A DNA stretch of 32,000 bases from Methanothermobacter thermautotrophicus str. Delta H (lineage in GTDB: Archaea > Methanobacteriota > Methanobacteria > Methanobacteriales > Methanothermobacteraceae), in NCBI RefSeq assembly GCF_000008645.1, contig NC_000916.1:720001-752000 (forward strand), given 5' to 3'. Numbering within the stretch: the stretch's first letter is position 1; the number at the start of each line of letters is the position of its first letter. The notes beneath the pieces were generated by a model. The model had not been told where the DNA came from, did no database searches, and was given only the letters and a program-made list of their open reading frames with translations. Both the position numbers and the translations under genes were made by a program. Below, one piece after another: positions 12,143 through 20,995 of this stretch.

Positions 12143-12439
12143 TCATTGCCTCCTTAACATTTCTTTCTGTTCAGTTTTACTGAGATCCATCAGAATCTTC
12201 ATCAGTTCTGTAAGTTTATTCTCATCGATACCATTTTCCCTGGCGATTTTCCGGGTCCTCTCTATAATCTGGAGTTCCCTTTCAGGATCCAGGATCTCCA
12301 TTCCAAGGACCTCCTTGGCCTCTGCTATCTCCCGTGCAAGGGCTATCCTTGAGGTTATGAGGTCAAGTATGTCCCTGTCTATTCCATCTATCTTCTGCCT
12401 GGATCTTCTGAGGACCTCCCGTGCTCTGTACTCATCCAT
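12143..12439 (-). CDS. Chorismate mutase (AroQ class)
   Basis: [42 protein letters not shown]...[13 protein letters not shown]. Confidence 0.9.
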
Positions 12440-12479
12440 AAATTACATTCCCCTTTCTTCCATTCAAGGGTCACTGGAG

Positions 12480-13349
12480 TTATTCAAGGACACGTGTACC
12501 CTCGTTGTCCACTGATGTTACAAGCACATCTCCCTCAAGGTTCTCCCAGGCATCGATGATATCAGCTTCAGAGTCCTCATGTGTTAGGGCCACAAAGGAT
12601 GGCCCGGTTCCTGAGAGACCCGCTGCAAGGGCACCCGCCTCAAGGGCGTCAAGGGCTATTCCCGGATCGAATCCCAGGGATGCACAATAGAGTATCCCGT
12701 TGAGTGTCAGGGCACTGTGGACCCTTCCATCAAGGACCTCCCTGAAGGCCATATCAACCCAGGGGGCCAGCAGTTTCATCCGCGGGACATCTGATTGTGC
12801 AGTCAGTGATTTTCTGTCCGGCATATATATTAATACCTTTTGATTTTCCATCGGCTCCCTGAGGATTATGCGCCTCTCCATGTTATCTGTCACGGTTAAG
12901 CCGCCATAGAATGATGCACTTGCATCATCATAGGCCCCGGTAACACTCACACCCGCCTGCAGGGAAGCGTCAACTGCCATGTTGAGCATCTCAAAATCCT
13001 CCATGGGTTGGAGGCCAAATTCGTCTGATAAAAGGGATGAAACTGCCATCACGGTGGCGTTGGATGCCGCGCTGCTGCTTGAGAGTCCGCTGGCAACAGG
13101 AAGGTCCGATGATGTTACCACCCTCACACCGGCATCCACTCCATAATGCTCAATCACCATCCGGGTGCAGAGCTCCATGAGAGATGTGTCAGCACCCTCA
13201 CGGGAGATGCACTCCACCCCTGAGTCAATCAGCTCTGCCTCTGCCTCCACCCTCAGTCCTATGCCGAATGCTGAGCCCCTGCCAGTCGCAATCGCATTAA
13301 TCACGGTTGCGGATCCAGGGGACCTTACAGTTTTCTTCACAACCATCAC
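12480..13349 (-). CDS. aroK: Archaeal shikimate kinase, GHMP family
   Basis: VRSPGSATVINAIATGRGSAFGI, SDLPVASGLSSSSAASNATVMAVSSLL GHMP motif, AAGLSGTGPSFVAL. Confidence 0.92.
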   Translation of the reverse strand: MMVVKKTVRSPGSATVINAIATGRGSAFGIGLRVEAEAELIDSGVECISREGADTSLMELCTRMVIEHYGVDAGVRVVTSSDLPVASGLSSSSAASNATVMAVSSLLSDEFGLQPMEDFEMLNMAVDASLQAGVSVTGAYDDASASFYGGLTVTDNMERRIILREPMENQKVLIYMPDRKSLTAQSDVPRMKLLAPWVDMAFREVLDGRVHSALTLNGILYCASLGFDPGIALDALEAGALAAGLSGTGPSFVALTHEDSEADIIDAWENLEGDVLVTSVDNEGTRVLE

Positions 13350-13589
13350 TCCAGGATTCTATGATCGTTCACTGAATAGATTATTAGGCTGCAAAGCACT
13401 CCAGAGAGCACCTCAAGCTCTCAAACACTGCAAAGTGTATTCATCAATTAAATAGTATCTAAGTGCAATATTTATATAGTGGTAGAACATTCTATTAATA
13501 AAAATGGTTAAAAATTTAGGATGGTACATGGATGTCTGATATAACAAAAACTCCTGAAAACATGACTGGAGGTAAAAAGGTCTGATACC

Positions 13590-14453
13590 ATGGATAGAAA
13601 CAGCAAGATAGTAGTCGGTCTCGTCGCGGTCCTCTCAATCGCAGGTTTGGTGCTTTCATTAGCCGGTCTGCTGGAGGGCGGCGAGGGTACGATAGCAATA
13701 ATACCTGTCCACGGAGCCATAGCCTATGACACGGCAGGGTTCTCTGATGGAGTGGACCCTGATGACATAAAGGAGCTCATCGCTGAAGCCAACAGCGATC
13801 CCTCAGTTAAGGCCATTGTCCTCGACATAAACAGCCCGGGAGGGACACCTGTTGCAAGTGAGGAACTCATGGATGCCATAAATAAATCAGAAAAACCAGT
13901 GGTGAGCTGGATAAGTGATTCAGGGACCTCGGGGGCATACCTTGCAGCATCAGCCTCTGACAGGATAGTTGCGAGTCCCTCAGCATGGGTTGGAAGCATA
14001 GGTGTCATACTCGACCTTACGGATCTCTCCCAGATGTACAGGCAGATGGGGATAAACAAGTACGCCATAAAGGCCGGTGAGTACAAGGACATGGGTGCCG
14101 ATTACCGCATGATAACCGATGAGGAGAGACAGATGCTGCAGTCAATGGTCAATGAGGAGTACGACTACTTCATAAAGACCGTGGCTGCCAACAGAAACCT
14201 TAGCGTCTCCTACGTGAAGAGCCTGGCAGAGGGCCGGATATTCACAGGCAGACAGGCTGTACGCAACCGGCTGGTGGATTTCACTGGAGGGAAGGACTAT
14301 GCAGTTGAGGTGGCTGCGAAGCTCGCAGGTGTGAAGAACTATAACACGATAACCCTCGAGCCTCCTTCTGGCTTCCTAAGGGTCCTCTCCAGCATGTTCT
14401 CAAGGCTGGGATTTGCCTCAGGGAACACAACGGAAGAGCTGCAGCTCCATTGA
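13590..14453 (+). CDS. sppA: Signal peptide peptidase SppA, S49 family
   Basis: N-terminal TM, AIIPVHGAI, LDINSPGGTPVASEEL, KPVVSWISDSGTSGAYLAASASDRIVASPSAWVGSIGVI, GRIFTGRQAVRNRLVD. Confidence 0.92.
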   Translation: MDRNSKIVVGLVAVLSIAGLVLSLAGLLEGGEGTIAIIPVHGAIAYDTAGFSDGVDPDDIKELIAEANSDPSVKAIVLDINSPGGTPVASEELMDAINKSEKPVVSWISDSGTSGAYLAASASDRIVASPSAWVGSIGVILDLTDLSQMYRQMGINKYAIKAGEYKDMGADYRMITDEERQMLQSMVNEEYDYFIKTVAANRNLSVSYVKSLAEGRIFTGRQAVRNRLVDFTGGKDYAVEVAAKLAGVKNYNTITLEPPSGFLRVLSSMFSRLGFASGNTTEELQLH

Positions 14454-14528
14454 TGAAGGTGGAAAAGGATAAGTATTTATCTAAAAAGGGGAAGAAGATA
14501 ATTATATTACTCTCACGGAGGTTAAGAA

Positions 14529-14786
14529 ATGGTTGTTAATATAGAGGTTTTCACATCCCCAACCTGCCCTTACTGTCCAATGGCAATCGAGGTCGTTGAT
14601 GAGGCCAAAAAGGAATTCGGAGACAAAATTGATGTCGAAAAGATCGACATAATGGTTGACCGGGAAAAGGCCATAGAGTATGGGCTGATGGCTGTCCCTG
14701 CCATAGCAATCAACGGTGTTGTCAGGTTCGTTGGGGCCCCAAGCAGGGAAGAACTCTTTGAAGCCATAAATGATGAGATGGAATAA
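14529..14786 (+). CDS. Small thioredoxin/glutaredoxin-like protein
   Basis: 85 aa, VFTSPTCPYCPMAIEVVDEA CxxC motif, LMAVPAIAINGVVRFVG cis-Pro region. Confidence 0.93.
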   Translation: MVVNIEVFTSPTCPYCPMAIEVVDEAKKEFGDKIDVEKIDIMVDREKAIEYGLMAVPAIAINGVVRFVGAPSREELFEAINDEME

Positions 14787-14820
14787 CTTCTTTTTCAATT
14801 AATTTTTAAGGATTTTTCTG

Positions 14821-15915
14821 ATGAATGATGAGAGGGTATTCGGGATTACAACTGGAACAGCTGCCACCGCAGCAGCCCTCGCCTCACTCCTGTGTCTGAA
14901 GGGCTGTGAAGCCAGTAAGGTCAGGGTCAGGACCCCATCCGGGATCCTGGAGGTTGACGTTGAATATGTTGAGCGCATCTCAGGTGACACCGCCAGGGCC
15001 TGTGTCATCAAGAGACCCTACCCTGACCCTGATGTCACCGTGAATCTTGAGATCATTTCCACTGTTCAGATCACAGGGACACCTGAAATCATGATAAGGG
15101 GTGGTGAGGGTGTTGGAATCGTCACAAAGCCCGGTCTCCAGGTCCCCCCCGGAGAAGCAGCCATAAACCCTGTCCCCAGGAGGATGATAGAGGAGAACCT
15201 CAGGGAACACCTCAGGGATGATGAGGGCGCTGTGGTCACAGTGTCTGTGCCCGGGGGGGAGAGGATAGCCTCCAGGACCATGAACCCCCGTCTCGGGATC
15301 ATCGGAGGTATCTCCATCCTTGGGACAACAGGCATAGCCAGGCCCATGTCCACCGAGGCATACCGGGAATCCCTTGCCTGTCAGATCGATATCGCCACTG
15401 CCAGGGGTTTCAGGGAACTCGTATTTGTACCGGGTAACATAGGGGAGAGATTCGCCCGGGAGTACTTTGAATCCATCGAGGATGAGAGGATAATCCAGAT
15501 GGCCAACTTCCCAGGCTACATGCTGGAGGAGGCCGATGGCAGGGGGGTTGAGCGGATAATACTCATGGGCCATGCAGGTAAACTGATCAAGCTGTCTGCC
15601 GGGATATTCCAGACCCGGAGTTCAGATGCAGATGCCCGCCGCGAGATAATGGCTGCCCATGCAGCCCTCATGGGTGCCTCCAGAGATACGGTGACCAGAA
15701 TATTCAACGATGGGACCGTGGAGGAGATGATATCTGAACTCGAGGGTGAAGGGTTGACAGGTAGGGTCTTCAACAGCATAGCAGATGCCATAAGGGAGAG
15801 GTTCAATGAGAGGTTCTCCTTTGATACCGATGTCCTGATTTTCAGCCTGGATGGCCGGATCCTCAACTCAAACTTCAAGACTAAAAGGAACCACAGATTT
15901 ACTGAAGTATTTTAG
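14821..15915 (+). CDS. cbiD: Cobalt-precorrin-5B methyltransferase CbiD
   Basis: [64 protein letters not shown]. Confidence 0.95.
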
Positions 15916-16080
15916 AATCCATCAAAGAAATTCATGAGTGATGATAATGAAAGAATTCACCCATGTATTTTAGAATCCATCAAAGAAATTCATGAGTGAT
16001 GATAATGAAAGAATTCACCCATGTATTTTAGAATCCATCAAAGAAATTCATGAGTGATGATAATGAAAGAATTCACCCAT
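15907..16080. repeat. Perfect tandem triplication of a 58-bp unit spanning the end of cbiD to moaC codon 6
   Basis: Three identical head-to-tail copies (15907-15964, 15965-16022, 16023-16080) of GTATTTTAGAATCCATCAAAGAAATTCATGAGTGATGATAATGAAAGAATTCACCCAT. Confidence 0.98.
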
Positions 16081-16533
16081 ACAGATGAAAAGGGGGTCCG
16101 CATGGTTGATGTGGGCTCAAAGCCAGTTGTTAGGAGAACCGCGACAGCCGAGGGCCATATACTCCTGCGTGAAGACACCATAAACTTAATCCGTGAAAAG
16201 AAGATTGAAAAGGGGAACGTGCTTGCAACGGCCCAGATAGCAGCCATAGTGGCCGTTAAGAGGACCTGGGAGATAATACCCCTCTGCCATCCCCTCCCCC
16301 TCACAGGTGTTGATGTTGAATTTGACCTGGATGATGACCGGATCACCGCCAGGGTTACTGTGAGATGCGATGGGAAGACTGGTGTTGAGATGGAGGCCGT
16401 AACCGGTGTATCCGTTGCCCTGCTCACAATATGGGACATGGTTAAAAGTGTTGAGAAGGACGATGATGGCCAGTACCCTGAAACGGCCATCAGCAACATA
16501 AGAGTCATTAAAAAGGAAAAGCTGGAACTCTGA
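16063..16533 (+). CDS. moaC: Molybdenum cofactor biosynthesis protein MoaC (cyclic pyranopterin monophosphate synthase)
   Basis: [86 protein letters not shown]-like region; ATG at 16063 after GAGTGATG. Confidence 0.95.
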   Translation: MKEFTHTDEKGVRMVDVGSKPVVRRTATAEGHILLREDTINLIREKKIEKGNVLATAQIAAIVAVKRTWEIIPLCHPLPLTGVDVEFDLDDDRITARVTVRCDGKTGVEMEAVTGVSVALLTIWDMVKSVEKDDDGQYPETAISNIRVIKKEKLEL

Positions 16534-16544
16534 GGCGTGTTCAT

Positions 16545-18617
16545 ATGAAGTCCCTCCCACCTGAAATGAGACAGATCCTCGGGGACTGCTACCCCCATAT
16601 AAGGGAGCTGAACCCTGCCCAGAGGAGTGCCATTGAAGCGGGTTACCTTGAATCAGAGGACAACTACATAATAGCCATACCCACAGCCAGCGGAAAGACC
16701 CTCCTTGGTATCATTGCAGCCCTGAAAACGGTCATGGAAGGTGGGCGCGTGATCTACACAGTGCCCCTTCTATCAATCCAGAACGAAAAGATAAAGGAAT
16801 TCCGCAAACTTGAAGAACACGGTATAAGGGTCGGTAAGGACCCGCGGACCTCTGACATCGCGGTCATGGTCTTTGAATCCTTCGACAGCCTCACCAGGTT
16901 CTCATGGAATATCCTCCGGGAGGTTGACCTCCTCATCGTTGATGAATTCCACATGATAGGGGAGTACACGAGGGGCCCGGTAATCGAGTCTGCAATTACA
17001 AGGGCAAGGACCCTGAATCCATCAGTACGTATAGTTGCACTCTCTGCAACCCTCTCAAATATGGATGAAATAGCCGGATGGCTCGACGCAAGGGTTGTGG
17101 AGCACGACTACCGGCCTGTTCCCCTTCATCGGGAGGTCCTTGACACTGAGATGTTCGGGGTCAGGGAAAAGAACGATGTTGTCCTCAAGGTTCTTGAGAG
17201 GTCCCTTGAGGATGGGAGCCAGACCCTCGCCTTCGTATCCACCAGGAGGTTCACAGAGTCCCTCGCATCCCACCTTGCAGATAAGATATCAGGGAAGATA
17301 CCTGATGACATGGTGGAGAGCTTCAGGGAGGTGGCCGGGAAGGTTCTTGAGGTTCCAAAGTCCAGGGGATCCCCTCCAACCTCCACCTGCCTGAAACTTG
17401 CAGAATGCCTGGAGGCAGGGATCGCATTCCACCATGCAGGACTCTTCAACAGGCAGCGGGAGATAATAGAGGACGAGTTCAGGGACGGGAATATACTGAT
17501 GATAACCGCCACTCCCAGTCTCATGTACGGAGTCAACCTCCCATCAAGGACAGTTGTGATAAGGGACTACACCAGGTGGACGAGTCAGGGCCCCAGGAGG
17601 ATCCCTGTATTTGATTATGAGCAGATGTCTGGTAGGGCCGGGCGGCCCCAGTATGATGATGCCGGCTACTCCTACCTCATAGCCAGGAGCCATGATGAGG
17701 CCATGGATCTGGAGGAGTACTACATCAGGGGTGAAGTCGAGAGGACGACCTCACGTATCATAGAGAACAGGGACGCCCTGTACAGACAGATAATTGCACA
17801 GGTCGCCTCCGGTCTCTCAGGAACCACGGAGGAGCTGGCAGATTTCTTCAGAAACACATTCTATGGGTACCAGATGGTTGAGGGTCCCTTCAGTGATTCA
17901 TTCGGGATGGACAGTATTCAGTATGAGGTCGAGAACGCCACAGAGTACCTTATGAGGAACAGGATCCTCTATCCTGGCCCTGAAGGATTCTCCGCAACAG
18001 AGTTCGGTCTCCTCATAGCAAAATCCAATTACAGTGTGGAGACGGCCATCAAGCTCCACCAGTTTGCATCAGAGATGGATGAGATGGACATATACCGCCT
18101 CATCTATGAGATAACAAGGACACCTGATATGCCCCTGATATCATTCAAGGGGAGGAAGAGCCGGGACCCTGTCCGTGATAAGCTGATGGAACATGGGCTC
18201 TTCCTAATGGACGTCGGGAACGAAGAGGCGACGGCAGCTGCTCTGATTGAGTGGATCAATGAGAGAACAGAATATGAAATAGAGAATGCGTTTCATGTTT
18301 ACGCTGCTTCAACGAGGCGCTCGGCCTACGAAGCCTCAAAAATCGTTAAATTTTTTGGTAAGATCTGCGAGATAATGGGAGTATACAGGCACTCCAGTCA
18401 ACTCGAAATCCTTTCTGCAAGGCTCTATTATGGTGTGAAAGAGGATGCCATACCCCTTGTGGTTGGTGTGAGAGGGCTTGGAAGAGTCCGGGCCCGTAAG
18501 ATCATCAAAACCTTTGGTGAGGATCTGCGACATGTGCGGGAAGATGAACTTAAACGTATTGATGGAATCGGACCAAAAATGGCAGGGGCTATTAGAAGGT
18601 ACTGTGAAAGGTTCTGA
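16545..18617 (+). CDS. hel308: Ski2-like DNA helicase Hel308/Hjm
   Basis: AIPTASGKTLLGIIAAL, LLIVDEFHMIGEYTRGP, VALSATLSNMDEIAGWL, MYGVNLPSRTVVIRD, QMSGRAGRPQYDDAG, C-terminal HhH VRGLGRVRARKIIKTFG...IGPKMAGAIRRY. Confidence 0.95.
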   Translation: MKSLPPEMRQILGDCYPHIRELNPAQRSAIEAGYLESEDNYIIAIPTASGKTLLGIIAALKTVMEGGRVIYTVPLLSIQNEKIKEFRKLEEHGIRVGKDPRTSDIAVMVFESFDSLTRFSWNILREVDLLIVDEFHMIGEYTRGPVIESAITRARTLNPSVRIVALSATLSNMDEIAGWLDARVVEHDYRPVPLHREVLDTEMFGVREKNDVVLKVLERSLEDGSQTLAFVSTRRFTESLASHLADKISGKIPDDMVESFREVAGKVLEVPKSRGSPPTSTCLKLAECLEAGIAFHHAGLFNRQREIIEDEFRDGNILMITATPSLMYGVNLPSRTVVIRDYTRWTSQGPRRIPVFDYEQMSGRAGRPQYDDAGYSYLIARSHDEAMDLEEYYIRGEVERTTSRIIENRDALYRQIIAQVASGLSGTTEELADFFRNTFYGYQMVEGPFSDSFGMDSIQYEVENATEYLMRNRILYPGPEGFSATEFGLLIAKSNYSVETAIKLHQFASEMDEMDIYRLIYEITRTPDMPLISFKGRKSRDPVRDKLMEHGLFLMDVGNEEATAAALIEWINERTEYEIENAFHVYAASTRRSAYEASKIVKFFGKICEIMGVYRHSSQLEILSARLYYGVKEDAIPLVVGVRGLGRVRARKIIKTFGEDLRHVREDELKRIDGIGPKMAGAIRRYCERF

Positions 18618-18627
18618 TGCCCTCATA

Positions 18628-19071
18628 ATGGCTCTGAGGAACATGGCAGCCACTCTAGGTGTGTATGATCTGATGGAGGTGCGTGTCTTCCTAGAAAGGA
18701 GTTGCAGATTTGTTCAGGAGAGATACAGGGCAATATATGTGGATGCATATATGTCCATGGTCGTCGACTCCGTGCTTGACCTTAAGGCAGGGTTCTCAGG
18801 GACGCCTGAAATGGATGATGCACGTTACAGCCTCAGGGATGCCCTTAAAAGGCTGGATGAAATCAACGCTCCCACCATTGTTGGTTTAACTGTTTTATAC
18901 AGAACCTATGTTAAGGGGGAACCGCTGCACCCTCCCGGAACACCATTTCCCGGAGGTTTTGAGGTTGAAAAAAAGGATGGTGTCCACTACTGTCCAGTTA
19001 AGGATAAACAGAGTGATAACCCGGAAGCCCTATGTGATATCTGTATCGCCAGACAGAGCCCCCTTCCCTGA
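18628..19071 (+). CDS. DUF2115 (UPF0305) family protein of unknown function, copy 1
   Basis: EPLHPPGTPFPGGFEVEKKDGVHYCPVKDKQSDNPEALCDICIARQ; first in-frame ATG after the helicase stop at 18628. Confidence 0.82.
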   Translation: MALRNMAATLGVYDLMEVRVFLERSCRFVQERYRAIYVDAYMSMVVDSVLDLKAGFSGTPEMDDARYSLRDALKRLDEINAPTIVGLTVLYRTYVKGEPLHPPGTPFPGGFEVEKKDGVHYCPVKDKQSDNPEALCDICIARQSPLP

Positions 19072-19171
19072 TCTTCCAGGAGGATTCAGCCCTTGTCTAC
19101 TGTGATAAATAGGGATACCTCCAGCACATCAGAAATACCCCGAAATCGTCCGGAGTGCAGGTCGTGAGCAG

Positions 19172-19696
19172 ATGATAAGAAGCAGTGATATTCCAGAAAA
19201 GATGACAGAGATGCAGCTCCTTGAAATGCTTAAAAAGGAGGCCTCCTCTGTCCATATAAAGGATATAATGAGTGCATCGGTCTACCTGAGGGAGGACGCC
19301 AGGTACCTGCCGCCCAGGGAGCAGAAGGAGTTCATCGAAAGGTTCACCAGGGCCTTCTTTAACAGGATACGGGATATAAAGAATGATAAAAACATCTACC
19401 AGGGTCATGTTGACACCGCAGGGTTAAAGGAATTCATAGACTTCCTTGACCAGCAGTTAAGCCAGGCAAAAACAGAAAATGAAAGGTGCTTTCAGAAGAT
19501 CGCCCGTATAATAACAATCTACGTCACATTCGTAAGGAAGGAACCCGTTCATCCAGTGGGGACCCGCTTTCCCGGTGGTTTCACGGTTAGAAGGGAGGGA
19601 AATGTCTTCTACTGTCCTGTCAAGGACAGACAGATAAACACTCCCGGTGCCCTCTGCCGTTTCTGTGTCAGCATCCAGGACCATGATATCTCCTGA
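19172..19696 (+). CDS. DUF2115 (UPF0305) family protein of unknown function, copy 2
   Basis: EPVHPVGTRFPGGFTVRREGNVFYCPVKDRQINTPGALCRFCVSIQ, clearly paralogous to 18628-19071. Confidence 0.85.
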   Translation: MIRSSDIPEKMTEMQLLEMLKKEASSVHIKDIMSASVYLREDARYLPPREQKEFIERFTRAFFNRIRDIKNDKNIYQGHVDTAGLKEFIDFLDQQLSQAKTENERCFQKIARIITIYVTFVRKEPVHPVGTRFPGGFTVRREGNVFYCPVKDRQINTPGALCRFCVSIQDHDIS

Positions 19697-19753
19697 TATG
19701 TCAGGAGACCCGTACCAGAAGCCTGAAAGCAGGTTATTCTCTCTTCTTATTTC

Positions 19754-20251
19754 CTAATACATCAGGAGACCGATTCCATCAATTACCAGTGATAGGCCTA
19801 TCAGGAAGGCCAGGAATACCGGGTTGCTTACGAATATCCCCAGGATTATATAGATGAATCCCAGAACCACAACAGATATGGCTGCAGCCCTTCCAGCCCT
19901 GTGTTCCCTTGAGAAAAGAGCTGTTATACCTGCAATTATAAGGATTATACCCGTTATGTATATCCAGAACGCCGCTAGGAAACTGAAGAGAGCCACATTA
20001 CCTGCAATGGTCGCTGCAACGATTACACCAAGCACCCCCAGCAGAATGTAGAGCACCCCTGCTCCCCTGTTAACCTTCCATGTTCCAGAACCAAGCAGGA
20101 AGAGCCAGATAGCAACAAAGAGCACTGCCACACCAGTGAGGACACTCAGGGTAAATACTGAGAACACAGGAAAAAGAATCACAAGGATCCCCAGGATCAG
20201 AGATATGAGGCCTGGAATCTTTGTATCAGACACACTTTCACCCCCCTTCAT
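19754..20251 (-). CDS. Small multi-pass membrane protein, DUF308 / HdeD-like
   Basis: About six hydrophobic segments with ISLILGILVILFPVFS and VLGFIYIILGIFVSNP repeats typical of the family. Confidence 0.7.
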   Translation of the reverse strand: MKGGESVSDTKIPGLISLILGILVILFPVFSVFTLSVLTGVAVLFVAIWLFLLGSGTWKVNRGAGVLYILLGVLGVIVAATIAGNVALFSFLAAFWIYITGIILIIAGITALFSREHRAGRAAAISVVVLGFIYIILGIFVSNPVFLAFLIGLSLVIDGIGLLMY

Positions 20252-20340
20252 TGTATATACTAATATGAATTTAATAAGAGGTCAAATCCAGACAGAAAAA
20301 TCAGTAGATGGTTCAGCAAGAAAAGAAAAGGTGATGCAGA

Positions 20341-20640
20341 TCAACCACCACCATCACATACCTCTGAACCCATATCCACATCCTCAAAGTCTTCCTTCAT
20401 CTTCCTGATGCGGTCAATGGTGTCACCGCGACCCCCCTTCCTGACCGCCCTCCGGAGTTCGGATTTATCCACAACCTCCAGGTATCCTGTATTGTACCAG
20501 AGGTCTGAGTCCTCAAGGCGGACCCATCCCTCGCCATCCTCAACCTTGATGGCTGAGATCTCACCGGTGGTCCCTGTTCCAGTGTAACGTACAGCCATTC
20601 CCACCGTCAGAACATTTCCGTTTATGTCCTTTACCTCCAT
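20341..20640 (-). CDS. DUF2098-like protein of unknown function
   Basis: MEVKDINGNVLTVGMAVRYTGTGTTGEISAIKVEDGEGWVRLEDSDLWYNTGYLEVV; start by choice of second Met. Confidence 0.7.
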   Translation of the reverse strand: MEVKDINGNVLTVGMAVRYTGTGTTGEISAIKVEDGEGWVRLEDSDLWYNTGYLEVVDKSELRRAVRKGGRGDTIDRIRKMKEDFEDVDMGSEVCDGGG

Positions 20641-20652
20641 GCCACTCACCCC

Positions 20653-20952
20653 TCATTCAGGGGATATCTCCATGGACTCCTCCTCTTCGGGGGCCTCCTC
20701 TGCCTCATCTGCAGCTATTGCAAGGACGACGTAATCGCCGACCCGGCTGACACTCTCCATATCAACGATGAAGGTCCTCTGCTTGAGGGACAGTTCACCC
20801 TTGGATATTATGAGGGACTTTATGAGGCCCTCCTCAGGATCCACCTCCAGGTCAGAGACCTTACCTATCTCCATTGCATTTTTATCCAGCACCTTAAGAC
20901 CGAGGAACTCCGTCACCTTCATTTGAACACCATGAAATGTTATGTCAGTCAT
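20653..20952 (-). CDS. PRC-barrel domain protein
   Basis: VTEFLGLKVLDKNAMEIGKVSDLEVDPEEGLIKSLIISKGE...VGDYVVLA, acidic C-terminal tail. Confidence 0.85.
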   Translation of the reverse strand: MTDITFHGVQMKVTEFLGLKVLDKNAMEIGKVSDLEVDPEEGLIKSLIISKGELSLKQRTFIVDMESVSRVGDYVVLAIAADEAEEAPEEEESMEISPE

Positions 20953-20995
20953 GCTATAAAAAATGATTTATTCATAGCACCCCATATAATAGAAC

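Noticed and set aside
14980-15573. 197-aa minus-strand ORF opposite cbiD, Gly/Pro/His-rich
   Set aside because: Antisense shadow of the clear CbiD CDS; composition mirrors the opposite-strand codon usage.
15907-16080. The 58-bp array as a CRISPR
   Set aside because: The repeats abut directly with no spacers and include coding sequence and stop/start signals; this is a tandem duplication, not a CRISPR.
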